DNA from: Octopus bimaculoides
Taxonomy: Eukaryota
Direction of reading: 5' to 3'
DNA: 43,072 nt
NCBI RefSeq assembly: GCF_001194135.2
Contig: NC_068982.1
Span: 77,706,308-77,749,379 of the forward strand
In this document: positions 11,713 through 22,800 of the stretch, piece by piece
How the letters are laid out: every line of letters begins with the position of its first letter
Position numbering within the stretch: position 1 is the stretch's first letter
Position numbers and translations under genes: made by a program
Notes under the pieces: generated by a model
Seen by the model: the letters and a program-made list of their open reading frames with translations, nothing else
Database searches by the model: none
What the model was told of the DNA's origin: nothing

Positions 11713-12297
11713 TTAACCCTTCATTAGTCACCTGACCTTGCTGAACATGGTTAGTTACATGGGGTATTTACCCACCTCAATACAAAAACGTTTATAGTTT
11801 TAGTATTATGTAAAATATACTCATTCTCTTGGTTCAGAATGTATATCTGAAATCACTGCTTAGAAGTTTGAAACCCTTGTAGCTGATTGATATAAAACAA
11901 TACAATAAAATAAATTATAAAATTAAGGAAAAACTAAAAAATCTTAGATTCAGATCATATTTATTTTGAAAATATGCACAGAATACACCATTTTGTGGAA
12001 TTTTTTTTATCTCTGTGATGAATATTAACATGAAAAAATAACATAACAAGCAATCTCCGTTACAATATGCATTAAATCAAAACTTGAACTGTGTTAGTCA
12101 CATGGGGTGACTAGACAAAATGATGTCTACCTTCCATGACAACTGAGCCGCAACTGCACCACACAACCTGCAGCACACACTCACTGAGTCAGAAGAGTAG
12201 AGGAAGGGAGCCAAAAAATAAGTTGCCAACTAGAAATTACGAGCATTTAAAAAAAATTCAGCTAACAACACACCCCATGTGACTAATGAAGGGTCAA
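11713..12297. mobile_element. Non-autonomous piggyBac-type element (577 bp) with perfect 15-bp TIRs
   Basis: TTAA (11713-11716), CCCTTCATTAGTCAC (11717-11731) ... GTGACTAATGAAGGG (12279-12293), TCAA. Internal TTAGTCACATGGGGTG-type repeats at 11751, 12094 and inverted at 12271. Confidence 0.85.
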
Positions 12298-12740
12298 CTC
12301 TTGTGTTGAAATATGCTGCCTTTGTTTCAATTAATTTTGAAAATAAGAAGAAACTTAGTAAAATCAGTGTCATTATTAAACTGGTTGGTATAAGGTGGTG
12401 AACTGGCATAATTGTTACTGTGCTGGGCAAAATGCTTAGCGGCATTTTGTTTCTTTACATTCTGAATTCAAACTTTGTAACAGTTGACTTTACCTTTCAT
12501 CCTTTCAGTGTCAATAAAATAAGTACCAGTTGAGCATTGGAGTCATTGCAATCAACTTAACCCCTCCTCTGAAACTGCTAGCCTTGTGCCAAGATTTGAA
12601 ACCATTATTAAAGTGGTTTTTGATACATAAATAAATTAACATGAAATTTTGATGGAAGGTTTTAATTTAGATCACTTTGAACAAGAAGTTTTATCATAAG
12701 ATAAAAGGCAGTCTCAGACAGGTTGATATTAAAAGGTTCA
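12294..12740 (+). mobile_element. Second piggyBac-type MITE family copy, interrupted by a SINE
   Basis: Its halves match the uninterrupted copy at 18261-18490 (GCCTTTGTTTCAATTAATTTTGAAAAT... / ...ATGAAATTTTGATGGAAGGTTTTAATTTAGATCA...AAAAGG). Ends are TCAA and TTCA. Confidence 0.7.
12393..12610 (+). mobile_element. tRNA-SINE of the (ATT)n-tailed family, inserted in the MITE with a 15-bp TSD
   Basis: GGTGAACTGGC...ATGCTTAGCGGCATT...GACTTTACCTTTCATCCTTTC...TTTGAAACCATT. TSD CATTATTAAACTGGT (12371-12385) / CATTATTAAAGTGGT (12603-12617). Confidence 0.85.
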
Positions 12741-13239
12741 AGGAAAATTCTTGTGACTATTGACATCTGGTATCTCTCAGCAATCAGGAAATGGTTTGGT
12801 CATGGTATTTCATATTAATTAATTAATAGGATGTGTTAAGATTTGTAATTGAGTTTTGTATTATATTTTATCATTAATATAGATTCTATTCTTGTGTGGG
12901 TGTTTCAATATAAGATCTAACGTGGCCTTTGTATGTCACATGTAGTTCATGAAGTTGTCGATATTCATGTTTACAGATGAATTTATGTTACATTGGACAT
13001 TGACATCACCATTTATGGGAAATGACAGGTACTTATTTTATCAACTCCAGAAGGATTAAAGACAATATTAATCTTGGTATGATTTAAACTTGAAATGTGA
13101 AAAGATACAAATAGTATGTAACACTTAGGTTGGTATGCTGTTAAGTCTTTCATTCATCACCTGAGGAATCTCTATTAATAACTAAAACCTACCCACCACA
13201 ATAGAATTGATATCCTAAAACCACCTTAGTAAATGCTTG

Positions 13240-14115
13240 TATGTGCAAAGCTCTGCCCCGTTCTCACTGCTCTTCCCATCAAACTTCCCCCACATCTCAT
13301 TCTCTACACTCTTCACTTCTTTATCTCTGATATTATTCAACTACCATAATCACCTGAAAGCAAAGTGAGTACAAACTACACACCTACCCTTTCTTTACCT
13401 TCCCTCTCCTCCCCTCCCCAAAACAGTTTCCATTCCTCATTATCTTCTTCCAGTCAAGCTCCTTCCTCTGTGCTATACTCCATTCCTAACACTTCCTTTA
13501 TCCTCTATCATTCCCAATGCCGTCATGTATGTAACAATCCCTCCCCCTGAGCCATTCCTATATCTCTCACCTTTAGTTACTACAGCCACCTCTATCCCAT
13601 CTAACCATCTCCCCTCATATTCTTATGAAATTTTTCTCTCTGTCCCCACCCCCTCAGTACAATCCTCTGTATCACTTCACTTATTCTTCTCCACTGCGCC
13701 TTGAAGCTGTGTTCTGAATCATATTCACCACCATCTGTCCTACCTTCCTCATCTCTATCTTCCTCCCTTTTTCTCCAACTGGGATATCCTTGTATCTCTT
13801 CTACAGCAAGACACCTATCTCTGTCCTTCTATCAGTCTTTTAACCTCTCATCAACTGGTACAAAGTTACCTCCCTTGATACTCCCTGTCACCAATTAAGG
13901 GGACGTTGTCTTGTCTTGCAAGTTACTTGGTGACCCCACCAGTGCTGGTGTAACAACTAAAGTACTCAGTACACTTTGTAAAATAGTTGTCATTAGGAAG
14001 TGCATCCAGCCATAGAAATCATGCTAAAACAGACAGTAGCATTTAGTATAGCCCTCTGGCTTGCCAGCTCTTGTCAAATCGTCCAACCCATGCCAGCATA
14101 GAGGACAAACATTCA
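13240..14115 (+). mobile_element. Old long SINE-like composite with CT-rich middle and RTE-type tail
   Basis: GTCTTGCAAGTTACTTGG (about 13912-13929) is the reverse complement of CCAAGTAACTTGCAAGAC (about 7391-7408). CCCATCAAACTTCCCCCACATCTC resembles the reverse complement of 8172-8200. Confidence 0.55.
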
Positions 14116-14525
14116 TAAGCAGAGGTGTAAATTTCATTAGCAGGTATGTAAAATCCTTTTGGTTATATCGAAGATGTCGTTCTATGCTTTTTGTATACAA
14201 TCTGATAGGGCTTGCTCTGAACACGCTGTAAAGTTTAAGGTTATGAAGACTCTTTTGTTTTGTCAAAGACATGGCTATCTCTCTAATGCTACTGCCATGA
14301 AAAACACACCCTGTACACTTATCTGTAAAATGGCTGCTGTTAGGAAGGGCTTCCAGCTGTAGAAACTAACTGAGATACAGTTACTGTGACCTATCTACAT
14401 AAGCAGTACTTCAGAATATGTACTGATTCTGACTGTGGCAATTTGTCTTATCTATCCCAGTATGAAAAGTGGACATAAAATGATGATGATAAAGAAAGGA
14501 GAAATAGACATCAGAACATTCCAAT

Positions 14526-14952
14526 GAATCATCATCATCATCATCATTGCCATTTTAATGTCCACTTTTCCATGCTTGCAAGGTTCTGATGGAATTCATT
14601 GAAACAGATTTTCTTTGGGCAGCAGCCTTTCATGTTTCCAAACCTCATTTGTTTGTAAGCAAGTAGTATTTCCCCATAACTAGACATGTTTTCATGGAAG
14701 ATTAGAAATGAATGGCTTTGCTTGTAAGACTGACACTCATTTACAACTATCATGTGATTTTTAAAATAAGAAGGCACACACACACACGCACACATGATGG
14801 GCTCCTTTTAGTTTCCATCTACCAAAACAACTCACAAGGCTTTTGTCAGCCTGGGGCTATAGAAGACACTTGCCCTAAGTGCCATACAGGTGAACCTAAA
14901 AGCATGAGATTGGGAAGCAAGTTTCTTAACTAAACAGCCATACCTGCATCTG
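14526..14952 (-). mobile_element. Composite SINE (tRNA-type head plus RTE-type tail)
   Basis: (CAT)n tail at 14529-14546, decayed core, and head ending ACAGCCATACCTGCATCT. Confidence 0.75.
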
Positions 14953-16909
14953 TTCCAAACATTCCAATCAACCTTACCATAATAAAAAAAGCAATGAAAG
15001 AAAAGTATTAATAATTACCTCATTTCATCTAGATAAGACTTTGAAGGTTTTGGAATGATGATGAATGTTGGAATTGTTTATAAATGTAACATACAACATT
15101 AGTAAGGAAATATCAATGTCTTGCTTTCAATTTGTGTGTGTGTGTGTGTGCTAAGATGGCAAGCTGGTAGAATTATTAACATGTCAGGTAAGATGCTTAG
15201 TGACATTTCATCTGTCTTTACATTGAGTTCCAATTTTGCTGAGATTGACTTTGTTTTTCATCCTTTTGGGATTGATAAAATAAGTACCAGTTGATCATTG
15301 GGGTTGATTAATTGACTTGGCCCCTCCCCCAAAACTTCTGGTCTTTTGCCAAAATTTGAAACTAATATATGTGTGTGTTTGTGTGCGTGTGTGTTATACT
15401 TGTGATGATCAACATCATCATTATAATGTCTACTTTTCCTTGCTTGCATGGGGCTGATGAGGTTTTATTAAGGCAGATTTTCCATGATCAGAGGCCCTTC
15501 TTGTTGCCTGCTCTTACCTGTTTCTAAGCAAGGTAATATTTCTCCACAGCAAGGAATACTAGAAATAAATAACACTGCTTGTTTGTCAGTGAAGCACCCA
15601 CTACACTCTCTGAGTGGTTGGCGTTAGGAAGGGCATCCAGATGTAGAAACTCTGCCAAATCAGATTGGATCCTGCTGTTGCCATCTGGTTTCACCAGTCC
15701 TCAGTCAAATCGTCCAACCCATGCTAGCATGGAAAGTGGACGTTAAACGATGATGATGATGATGACACACATATATACAACAGACTACTTTCAGTTTCTA
15801 TCTACCAAATCCACTCATGAGGCTGTGGTTGAAATATGGCTAGAGTAGAAGTCACTCGTCCAAGGTACCATGCAGTTGGTCAGAACTTGAAACCATGTGG
15901 CCAGAAAGCAAACTTCCTAACAATACAGCCATGCCTGCACCTGTGTTGTGGTTTGTATTTTTTTGTCAAGCTAGCCTTTTAGGCAGACATGGAATAGTGT
16001 GTGTGTGTTTCACAAGTTTTTATTTTTGGTAATTTCTTTAAATTGCTGTCTCATTTTCCTTTTATCCCGTGACAACTGATGAGTCCGTCTAACAGAAATG
16101 AAGTATTTCTATTAAAATTATATTTAAACAGTCAATCAAGGAAGTCCGTTCTGTTACTGAGGGTGGGGTGGAGAGATTGAAGGAGTATGTCTTGTTTAAT
16201 TGCTGTGTATTTCAGTTCTTCATACTGCCGTCACCAATTAACATTTTTGATTGATTAAGTATTACATGCACATCCATACACAACACACACATCATGAGTT
16301 AATGAAGCAGCCTCAAAGTGGTCGTTTGACCTGCTAGAAATAGCAGCAAAATCAATGTTTTTGCTATTACACCCATCACATGAGATGGGTATAATAGTTA
16401 AATTTTATTGGAAAAGGGAACAGAATTTGAAGGCAAAAATGTAAAATAAATAAATTTCTTAGAACAAAAATTCTTTGAAGAAACAATCACCCAATTCCTT
16501 GCTCTTTTTTTCTCTCTGAGGCAGTGATAGCTATTCTGAAAGTCTACCAATCAGAGATTACTAATGTTGTATGTTACATTTATAAACAATTCCAAGGTTC
16601 ATTATCATTCCAAAACCTTCAAAGTCTTATCTGGATGAAATGAGGTAATTATAATACTTTTCTTTCTTTTTTTTTTATGGTAAGGTCCATTGGAGTGTTT
16701 GGAACCGATGCAGGTATGGCTGTGTAGTTAAGAAACTTGCTTTCCAATCCCCTGCTTTTAGGTTCACCTGTATTGCACTTAGGGCAAGTGTCTTCTATAG
16801 CCCCAGGCTGACAAAAGCCTTGTGAGTTGTTTTGGTAGATGGAAACTAAAAGGAGTCCATCATGTGTGTGTCTTATTTTAACAATCACATGATAGTTGTA
16901 AATGAGTGT
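14733..16909. repeat. Local inverted duplication: arms 14733-15105 and 16558-16909, spacer 1452 bp
   Basis: The arms are about 90% identical by eye, include non-SINE sequence, and share private SINE deletions. Confidence 0.9.
15595..15765 (+). mobile_element. Short 5'-truncated RTE LINE 3' end
   Basis: CACCCACTACACTCTCTGAGTGGTTGGCGTTAGGAAGGGCATCCAG...ACCCATGCTAGCATGGAAAGTGGACGTTAAACGATGATGATG. Confidence 0.85.
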
Positions 16910-18260
16910 AATAATAAATATTTACTGCAAAATCTTTCTCAAATTATACCCTACTGCCTTACAAAAAAAGTACAATGTAGTCCAGTGTAGTGAAAATAAA
17001 AGACTAAATGGCCATGACTGGAATGCCTTTGATTAAAGATCTTCTGCAGGGCCTACTTGGAGCTAAACAAGAACAACACTTACATGAATACTCAATCTGA
17101 ATGCTATATATCCCTGATTGACATTCATCCTCCCCCACATACAGTTGATGAAATTCCTAGAATGTAGGTAATTCATCAGCAGCAGCAACTATTACTCACC
17201 TCCCTCTTTCTTTACAGTTTCTCATTCTCTTTTGTTACTCTCCCTCCTTTCCTTTCTCTGTCTTTATCTACACTGCTCTCTCTATGTCTAATTGGCTTGC
17301 TTAGCTTCTTCGTTTTCTGTATTGTTCTTTCTTTGCTGTCTGTCTCTTCTTCCTTCTGTCTATCCTTTATGATTCCTGATTCCATTCATTATCCTGTACC
17401 AATCATTTTGTTTAAACATTTTTTTCTTTCATCTTCAATAATGATAATGATGCAGTAATAATAATGATTTTGATACGAGATTTGCATTTTTGAGAGGACG
17501 GGTAGGTCAGTTACATTGACTTCAGGACTTTAGTTGTTCTTTATTCTACCAACCTTAAAAGAAGGACCGTAGCAGAATTTGAACTCAGAATGTTAAAAAG
17601 CAGTTTATTAAGTGATGTTGATATTTTAGCTATTTATCTTTTATCGTTTACTTGTTTCAGTCATTAGACTGTGACCATGCTGGGGCACCTCCTTGAACGT
17701 TTAGTCAAGTAAATCAACTCAAAACTGTCCAACCCATATCAGCATGGAACACAAATGTTAAATGATGATCATGAAACCAGTTGTTCAATATCATGTTGAG
17801 TAAGTATTTGCTTAACTTAAAATGTTTCCCATGTTTATAATAACATGTAATAACTGAAGCATTATGATATCGACTTGCTGTAAAATAATATACTGTTACA
17901 TCATTGAGTAAAGAATATTCAACAGCTGGATTTAACAGCCTTTAAGATCAATGATTTCAAATGACCTACTTGTACGTTTGTCTACTTGTAAGGCTCAATC
18001 AAAAATCCATAACTAGATAATTGAAAAGAAATTTAGTTCAAGTATAAATGCATGGTTAAGAAGTTGGTTTCCTAACCATGTGGTTTCAGATTCAATCTCA
18101 CTGCATTGCACCTTGGGCAAGTAAGTGTCTTCTACTGTAGCCCTGGGATGACCAAAGCTTTGTAGATGGATTTGGAAGACTGTAACCAAAAGAAGCCTGG
18201 TCAGTTTGACAGCTTTCTACCTTGGTCATTACTTCTTTTTTAGCCTGTTGGCTTATTCAT

Positions 18261-18490
18261 TTAATCCTTGTGTTACATTGTTTTTGTTAAAATACACTGC
18301 CTTTCTTTCAATTCATTTTGAAATTAACGAAACATTTATTAAAATAACTTTCTCATTATTAAGCTAATGTTTGGGATATAGATTAATATGAAATTTTAAT
18401 GGAATGTTCTGATTTAGATCATTTCAAAAACATGAAGTTTATGTTATAGAACCAGGGCTGATTTTGAGTTTGTTGCCATCAAAGGGTTGA
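18261..18490 (+). mobile_element. piggyBac-type MITE (family 2), uninterrupted copy
   Basis: TTAA-TCCTTGTG ... CATCAAAGGG-TTGA; the body matches 12294-12740 and, inverted, 25120-25336. Confidence 0.7.
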
Positions 18491-18780
18491 CCAGTTATGT
18501 AACGAAAAGACTATGAAGGTTTAGACTTTGGGCTTGCAGATAGTTAGTATTAACTTCAATCGGTCAATAAATGCCTGAAGCAATTTTGAGCATTAAGGAT
18601 GCTGAATTATTGGTGAAGTGAATCTTGAAGAGAGTAGGTAAAATAAGGCCAAAACTCATTAATTTCCAGCCAAATATCAATGAAATAAGTAGTGCTCACC
18701 AAACACATATTAAATATTCCAACTATATCAATATTAGTAGACTGAGTTTTTATTGTTCTTTATGAATTTCATTAAGTATC

Positions 18781-19166
18781 TTTTTATCTTTTATTTGTTT
18801 CAGTCTTTGAACTGTGGCCAGGCTGAGGCACCATCTTCAAGGGTTTAGTTGAACAAATTAATCCCAGTTTTAATTTTTTAAAGCCTGGTGCTTATTCTAC
18901 CAGTCATCTTTTGCTAAACTGCTAAGTTATGGGGATGTAAACAAACCAACACCAGTTGTCAAGTGATAGTGGGGCACAAACACAAGCACAAAGTGCACAC
19001 ACACACACACAATGGGTTTCTTTCAGTTTTCTGTCTTCCAAATCAATTCACAAGGCTTTGGTTGGCACTAGGCTATAGTTGAAGATGCTTGTCCAAAGTG
19101 CCACATAGTGGAACAGAACCCAGAACCATGTGGCTGGGAAGTAAACTTCTTACCCCACACCTGCAC
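18781..19166 (-). mobile_element. tRNA-derived composite SINE, CpG-decayed copy
   Basis: Co-linear with the 1-326 copy; most CG sites have changed to TG or CA. Confidence 0.85.
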
Positions 19167-20134
19167 CCATTTTTCATTAATCACCTTAGATATTTCTTAT
19201 TAAAATACAGTAATACCATGATGGAAAGAAGGAATTATTGTTTTAAAATCAAGAAATTTTTTTCTTAATTATATTTTAAAATTTTATTTTAGAAATTTAC
19301 ATGATGCTGGATGGAATTACAATAAGGTTTCACTGATTCCATCAATAGGTGAATGATATTAAAGGCTTGCTGACCCCACCAGTCTAGACAGAACTTATGT
19401 GCTCCAAACTTATTACTAGCATTTGCTAATTCTGGAACACTTCTGAACCAGAACATTTGCTTCCAATTTGTAAATATATATATATATATATTTAGGAAAT
19501 GAAAAAAATAAAAATCAATGTAATAGCTATGAAAAATAAAAATAAAAGATGGTGAAAGCTATTGTAACTAACAACAATTGAAAGGAAATATAAGGAAAAG
19601 GTGTAAAGAAATAAAATATATATGAAGTGACAGCAAATAATTCTCATTCGTAGATGTCTTTAGTGGTGTGTGTGTAGAGAGAGAGAGATTGTTGTGGTTA
19701 TATATTATTTAGCAACAGTAAGGAGCTGAAGAGCAGAAGTTTCTAGAAGTATATCAATTGAATGTTTAAAGTATCAGGTACTTTTAAAGTTCTGCCTTGT
19801 TCACTGAACTAGAAACTGCCTTATTTGATGTTATTTCTTTTGGTTTTTGTTTGTGTACATGTGTGTGCATGTTCACTCATGTGTATGCATATTTATGTGT
19901 GTGCAACATAATTCCCAGCTGTTTTAACTGATACCTAGGTGGAAGGTGACATATTTAAAGGAGTTCAACGTGGCAGTTTAATCTTTTTATTTAACCTGTT
20001 CTTTTATTGTAGTGTTGTTGTGTCTGCCTTTCAGGGTGAGTTGTGGTGGTCTGAAGTAAGATCAATACAAGGAGAATAAATCACACTCTAGCTTAATGTT
20101 ATAAGTGCCTGTGCTTTAATAGAAGACATTTATT

Positions 20135-20419
20135 GAATAGAAGAGAAACAAAGAGATAGATAGAGATGTAGTTAGATAGAAATGTAGTTAGATAGAGATG
20201 TAGATAGATAGAAAAATAGATATAAACAGTGAGGAGATTGATGCTAAGTTGGTTTGTTAGATATGAGTACATAGATACATATAGATAGGGATATAGATAT
20301 GTAATGTGGTATGTAGATAGATAGCTAGATATAAACAGCAAGATGGATAGATAAGTTGCTGACTCTTTAGATACAGGTTGATAGTTAGGTATGTATGTAT
20401 GTATGTATGCATGTATGTA

Positions 20420-20462
<43 letters not shown>
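20135..20462. repeat. Compound microsatellite (TAGA-like, TATG, TA)
   Basis: Imperfect GATA/TAGA repeats followed by (TATG)n and (TA)n. Confidence 0.85.
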
Positions 20463-20468
<6 letters not shown>

Positions 20469-21870
20469 TTGTTAGATGGCAATAGGAATAACCTAAAAGG
20501 AAAACATACAACAGGAAGAAAGGAAAAGAAAAAGGCAATGAAAGAGTTTAGCAGTACAAAATATAGCTTTATTTATTTTTCCTTTTTTATTGATCCTCAC
20601 CTGCCTTCCCCACCTTTTATTCTTTATGTCATTATTATAAAGAATTAAGGTTCTATGGATTAATATTAAAATTAAAGTAAAAGGAAGACAAACATATGAT
20701 GAAAAATGACACATATACAAAGAGGGAGAGAGAGAGAGAGAAAGTATGGTTGCTAGGCTAAGCTTAACATTACATGAACAGCAAAAATACTTATATTATT
20801 GGGTTTGGAGAAATTGGTTTTTACACTAAGCAAGAACACAAAACGAAAGAGAGAGAAAACAGTGAAATGAATTGAAGCAAGTTGAAGCTAACATGGCCAA
20901 TACATTTGTGTAAGATATCCAATGTCATGCTTCATTTCATATTAACTAGTTTCTGTATAATCCTTTAGAAAGAGATTTAATGAAAGTTTTTACATTTGTT
21001 GCATTCAAGGAAAAAATATCTTATATCATCATCAACATCATCATCACTATTTTGATGTCCACTTTCTCTATGATTCTATGGGTCAGACAGAACTTGTGGC
21101 AGCTTTTCTACAACCAGATGCCCTTGCTGTTCCAACTTTCACCTATTTCACTGCAAGGTAATATTTATTACCCTTGGTCAGACATGTTTTTTATGGAGGA
21201 CTGATAACAAACAACATTGTTTGTATGGTGGTACAGCTCATTGCGAACCATTATGTGATATCAAGACAAGCACACAAACACATACATATATATGATGGGC
21301 TCCCTTCAGTTTCTGTCTACCAGATCCACCCAAGGCTTTGGTCAACTTCAACCATCTCTGTTAAGACACTCCTAATTCATTTGTCTTCTCATCACCAATA
21401 TTATGTCCATCCTTCCACCCCCTACACTATCCATTTACATCCAGTCTATTTTCTCCTCAACATCAACTTTCTGGAATTCCCTCTTAGAATATATTTTTCC
21501 TGCAGCTGTTAACTACTCTTTTACTTGTTTCAGTCATTTGACTGTGGCCATGCTGGAGCACCGCCTTTTCAGTAAAAACATTAACCATGTTGATCTCCTT
21601 GGTTTTGGTTAGTCTATGAAGACCATTGACACTGCTCTTCTAGATGAAATCAATAAATAAAAATCAAATAAAGCTCTGTTCACAATTATAAACTTTTCAG
21701 TTTAAAGCAAAAATCAATGCTGGTGCATTGCTCTAGTTGCTGAATTTTGCACAGAGTTCAATAACAAATGGCTATAATGTCATGGGGCTAGAATATTGTA
21801 TCGCAAACTCAAGATTGCTTTTACCGCACAAAATAGAAGTGCTTGTGGCTGTAAACTGCTACAACTGAAT

Positions 21871-22053
21871 ATTTAAACCAGTGGTTCTCAACCATTTTTT
21901 TTGCATATGGACCACTTTGATTCCTGTTTTACTTTACTGGACCTTTGTGGCCATCCACTGTATATAAAAAAATCCTACTGTATTTTTATAATTAAATATT
22001 ATATGTACCCACAAGGGCTATATCAACCAAGGATAAGAACTACTGATTTAAAC
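21871..22053. mobile_element. hAT-type MITE (167 bp) with 8-bp TSD
   Basis: TSD ATTTAAAC at 21871-21878 and 22046-22053. TIR CAGTGGTTCTCAACC versus the reverse complement of the right end, CAGTAGTTCTTATCC (12/15). Confidence 0.85.
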
Positions 22054-22288
22054 CATGTACAGGTGGTGGCCTATCATATACATATATATGTGCATGTCTG
22101 TCTGTTTATATACATGCAAATAGACACAAGAGTGGCTAGTTGGTTAAGAATCTTTCTTCCTAAGCATGTAATCTTTAGTTAGGTCCCACTTGGGTGAGTG
22201 TCTTCTATTATAGCTTCAGGTCAACCAAATCCTTATGAGTAAGCAGAAACTGAAAGAAGCCTGTTGTGTGTGTGTGTGTGTGTATATA

Positions 22289-22321
<33 letters not shown>

Positions 22322-22568
22322 ATATATATGTGTGTGTGCATTTGTGTTTGTATCCTTCTCTTGTTATTATGTGATGATTCTAAGCAAGCATCATATCATG
22401 CAAATGATGATGTTCATTTTCCGCCTTCTTCCTTGAAATACATGTCTAGCTACAGGAAAATATTACCTTGCTCCAAAACAAGTGACAGTTGGTGACAGGA
22501 AAGGCTGTAAAAAATCTGTCTCAATGAATTCTGTCTAATCTATGAAAGCATGTAAAAGTGAATGTTCA

Positions 22569-22800
22569 AATGAGCTGGCAGAATCGTTAGCAAGCCAGGT
22601 GAAATGCTTAACAGTATTTAGTCTGTCTTTGTGTTCTGAGTTCAAATTCTGCCGAGGTCGACTTTGCCTTTCATCCTTTTGGGATCGATTAAATAAGAAC
22701 CAGTTATGCACTGGGGTTGATATAATCGGCTTAATCCCTTTGTCTGTCCTTGTTTGTCCCCTGTATGTTTAGCCCCTTGTGGGCAATAAAGGAATTATTT
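22569..22800 (+). mobile_element. tRNA-SINE, CpG-intact (young) copy
   Basis: GAGCTGGCAGAATCGTTAG (box A-like), GAGTTCAAATTC (box B-like) and the core GGTCGACTTTGCCTTTCATCCTTTTGGGATCGAT. Confidence 0.85.

Noticed and set aside
7205-14115. Inverted long composites flanking the EXT2 ATG exon as circRNA drivers
   Set aside because: The two copies are heavily diverged, so stable pairing is doubtful, and inverted SINE pairs are everywhere in this intron. Nothing specific supports it.
19293-19348. Possible alternative EXT2 exon (NLHDAGWNYNK)
   Set aside because: It has a plausible acceptor but only weak or frame-shifting donors, and no EXT-family similarity.
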